Assembly (NCBI GenBank): GCA_013151935.1
Contig: JAADHI010000012.1
Span: 1 to 61,443 of the forward strand
Length of the DNA: 61,443 nt
Direction of reading: 5' to 3'
Source: Candidatus Manganitrophaceae bacterium
Lineage (GTDB): Bacteria > Nitrospirota > Nitrospiria > SBBL01 > JAADHI01
Under the pieces are notes generated by a model that had not been told where the DNA came from, ran no database searches, and worked only from the letters and a program-made list of their open reading frames with translations. This document shows positions 60,876-61,443 of the stretch, one piece after another. Numbering within the stretch: position 1 is the stretch's first letter; every line of letters starts with the position of its first letter. The translations under genes were made by a program, and so were the position numbers.

Positions 60876-61443
60876 ATGTTTAGAAAAGTCCAACATATTC
60901 ATTTCACAGGCATCGGCGGTGCAGGCATGAGTGGCATTGCTGAGATTTTACTCAACATGAAGTATTACGTCAGCGGCTCAGATAACGCGGTCTCCGAACG
61001 CACCGCTTTCTTAGAAAAGCTCGGCGGAAAAATCTATCGTGGACACGACGCGCGTTTTATTAAGGGAGCCGATGTGCTTGTTTATTCTTCCGCAATTTCT
61101 GAAGACAATGTCGAAATCATCGCGGCCAAAGAAAAAAAGATCCCGGTCATTCCCAGGGCCGAGATGCTCGCAGAACTCATGCGCTTAAAATACGGCATCG
61201 CCGTCGCTGGTGCCCATGGAAAAACAACAACAACGACGATGATTGCCACACTGCTCTCGGAAGGACAGCTCGATCCCACGGCCGTCATCGGCGGCAAGGT
61301 AAACAGCTTCGATGGTCACGCCAAAAAGGGAGAAGGGGATTTTTTAGTCGCCGAGGCCGACGAGAGTGACGGATCCTTTTTAAAACTCTCCCCGAGCATC
61401 GCCATCGTCACCAATCTCGATAACGAACACCTCGATTATTATC
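60876..61443 (+). CDS. murC: UDP-MurNAc--L-alanine ligase (partial; runs off the right edge)
   Basis: Translated by hand: [23 protein letters not shown]...[10 protein letters not shown]...EADESDGSF. Confidence 0.96.
   Translation, partial: MFRKVQHIHFTGIGGAGMSGIAEILLNMKYYVSGSDNAVSERTAFLEKLGGKIYRGHDARFIKGADVLVYSSAISEDNVEIIAAKEKKIPVIPRAEMLAELMRLKYGIAVAGAHGKTTTTTMIATLLSEGQLDPTAVIGGKVNSFDGHAKKGEGDFLVAEADESDGSFLKLSPSIAIVTNLDNEHLDYY

Overview
Mostly core chromosome of a diderm bacterium of moderate GC. Gene content suggests Nitrospirota or a Deltaproteobacteria-like lineage; this is inference only. The left 43 kb is almost all on the minus strand: archaeal/eukaryotic-type pheS-pheT, rpe, djlA-like, rsmB/fmt/def, two TRL-like lipoproteins with an ABC exporter, ClC-CBS, pilMNOPQ-aroKB, lptCAB-rpoN-hpf-rapZ-ubiX, lepA-lepB-rfaE1, an FGE-domain protein, moaA, a site-2 protease, a two-subunit biotin-dependent 2-oxoacid carboxylase and an LpoA/LppC-like gene. 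The right 18 kb is on the plus strand: serB, a three-gene accessory module (membrane Ser/Thr kinase, C-terminally anchored secreted protein, Ig + 8-repeat lipoprotein) and the dcw cluster mraZ to murC. The main oddities are: (1) a 273-bp highly structured MITE-like element inserted at an operon's TAATG junction, where it completes the upstream stop codon and supplies the downstream RBS; (2) the carboxylase large subunit broken by a perfect 7-bp tandem duplication; (3) archaeal-type PheRS; (4) apparent non-canonical starts for fmt and rsmB; (5) the uncharacterised kinase/anchor/beta-propeller module. No tRNA, rRNA, CRISPR array or transposase was seen. Coordinates were counted by hand and no database searches were run.
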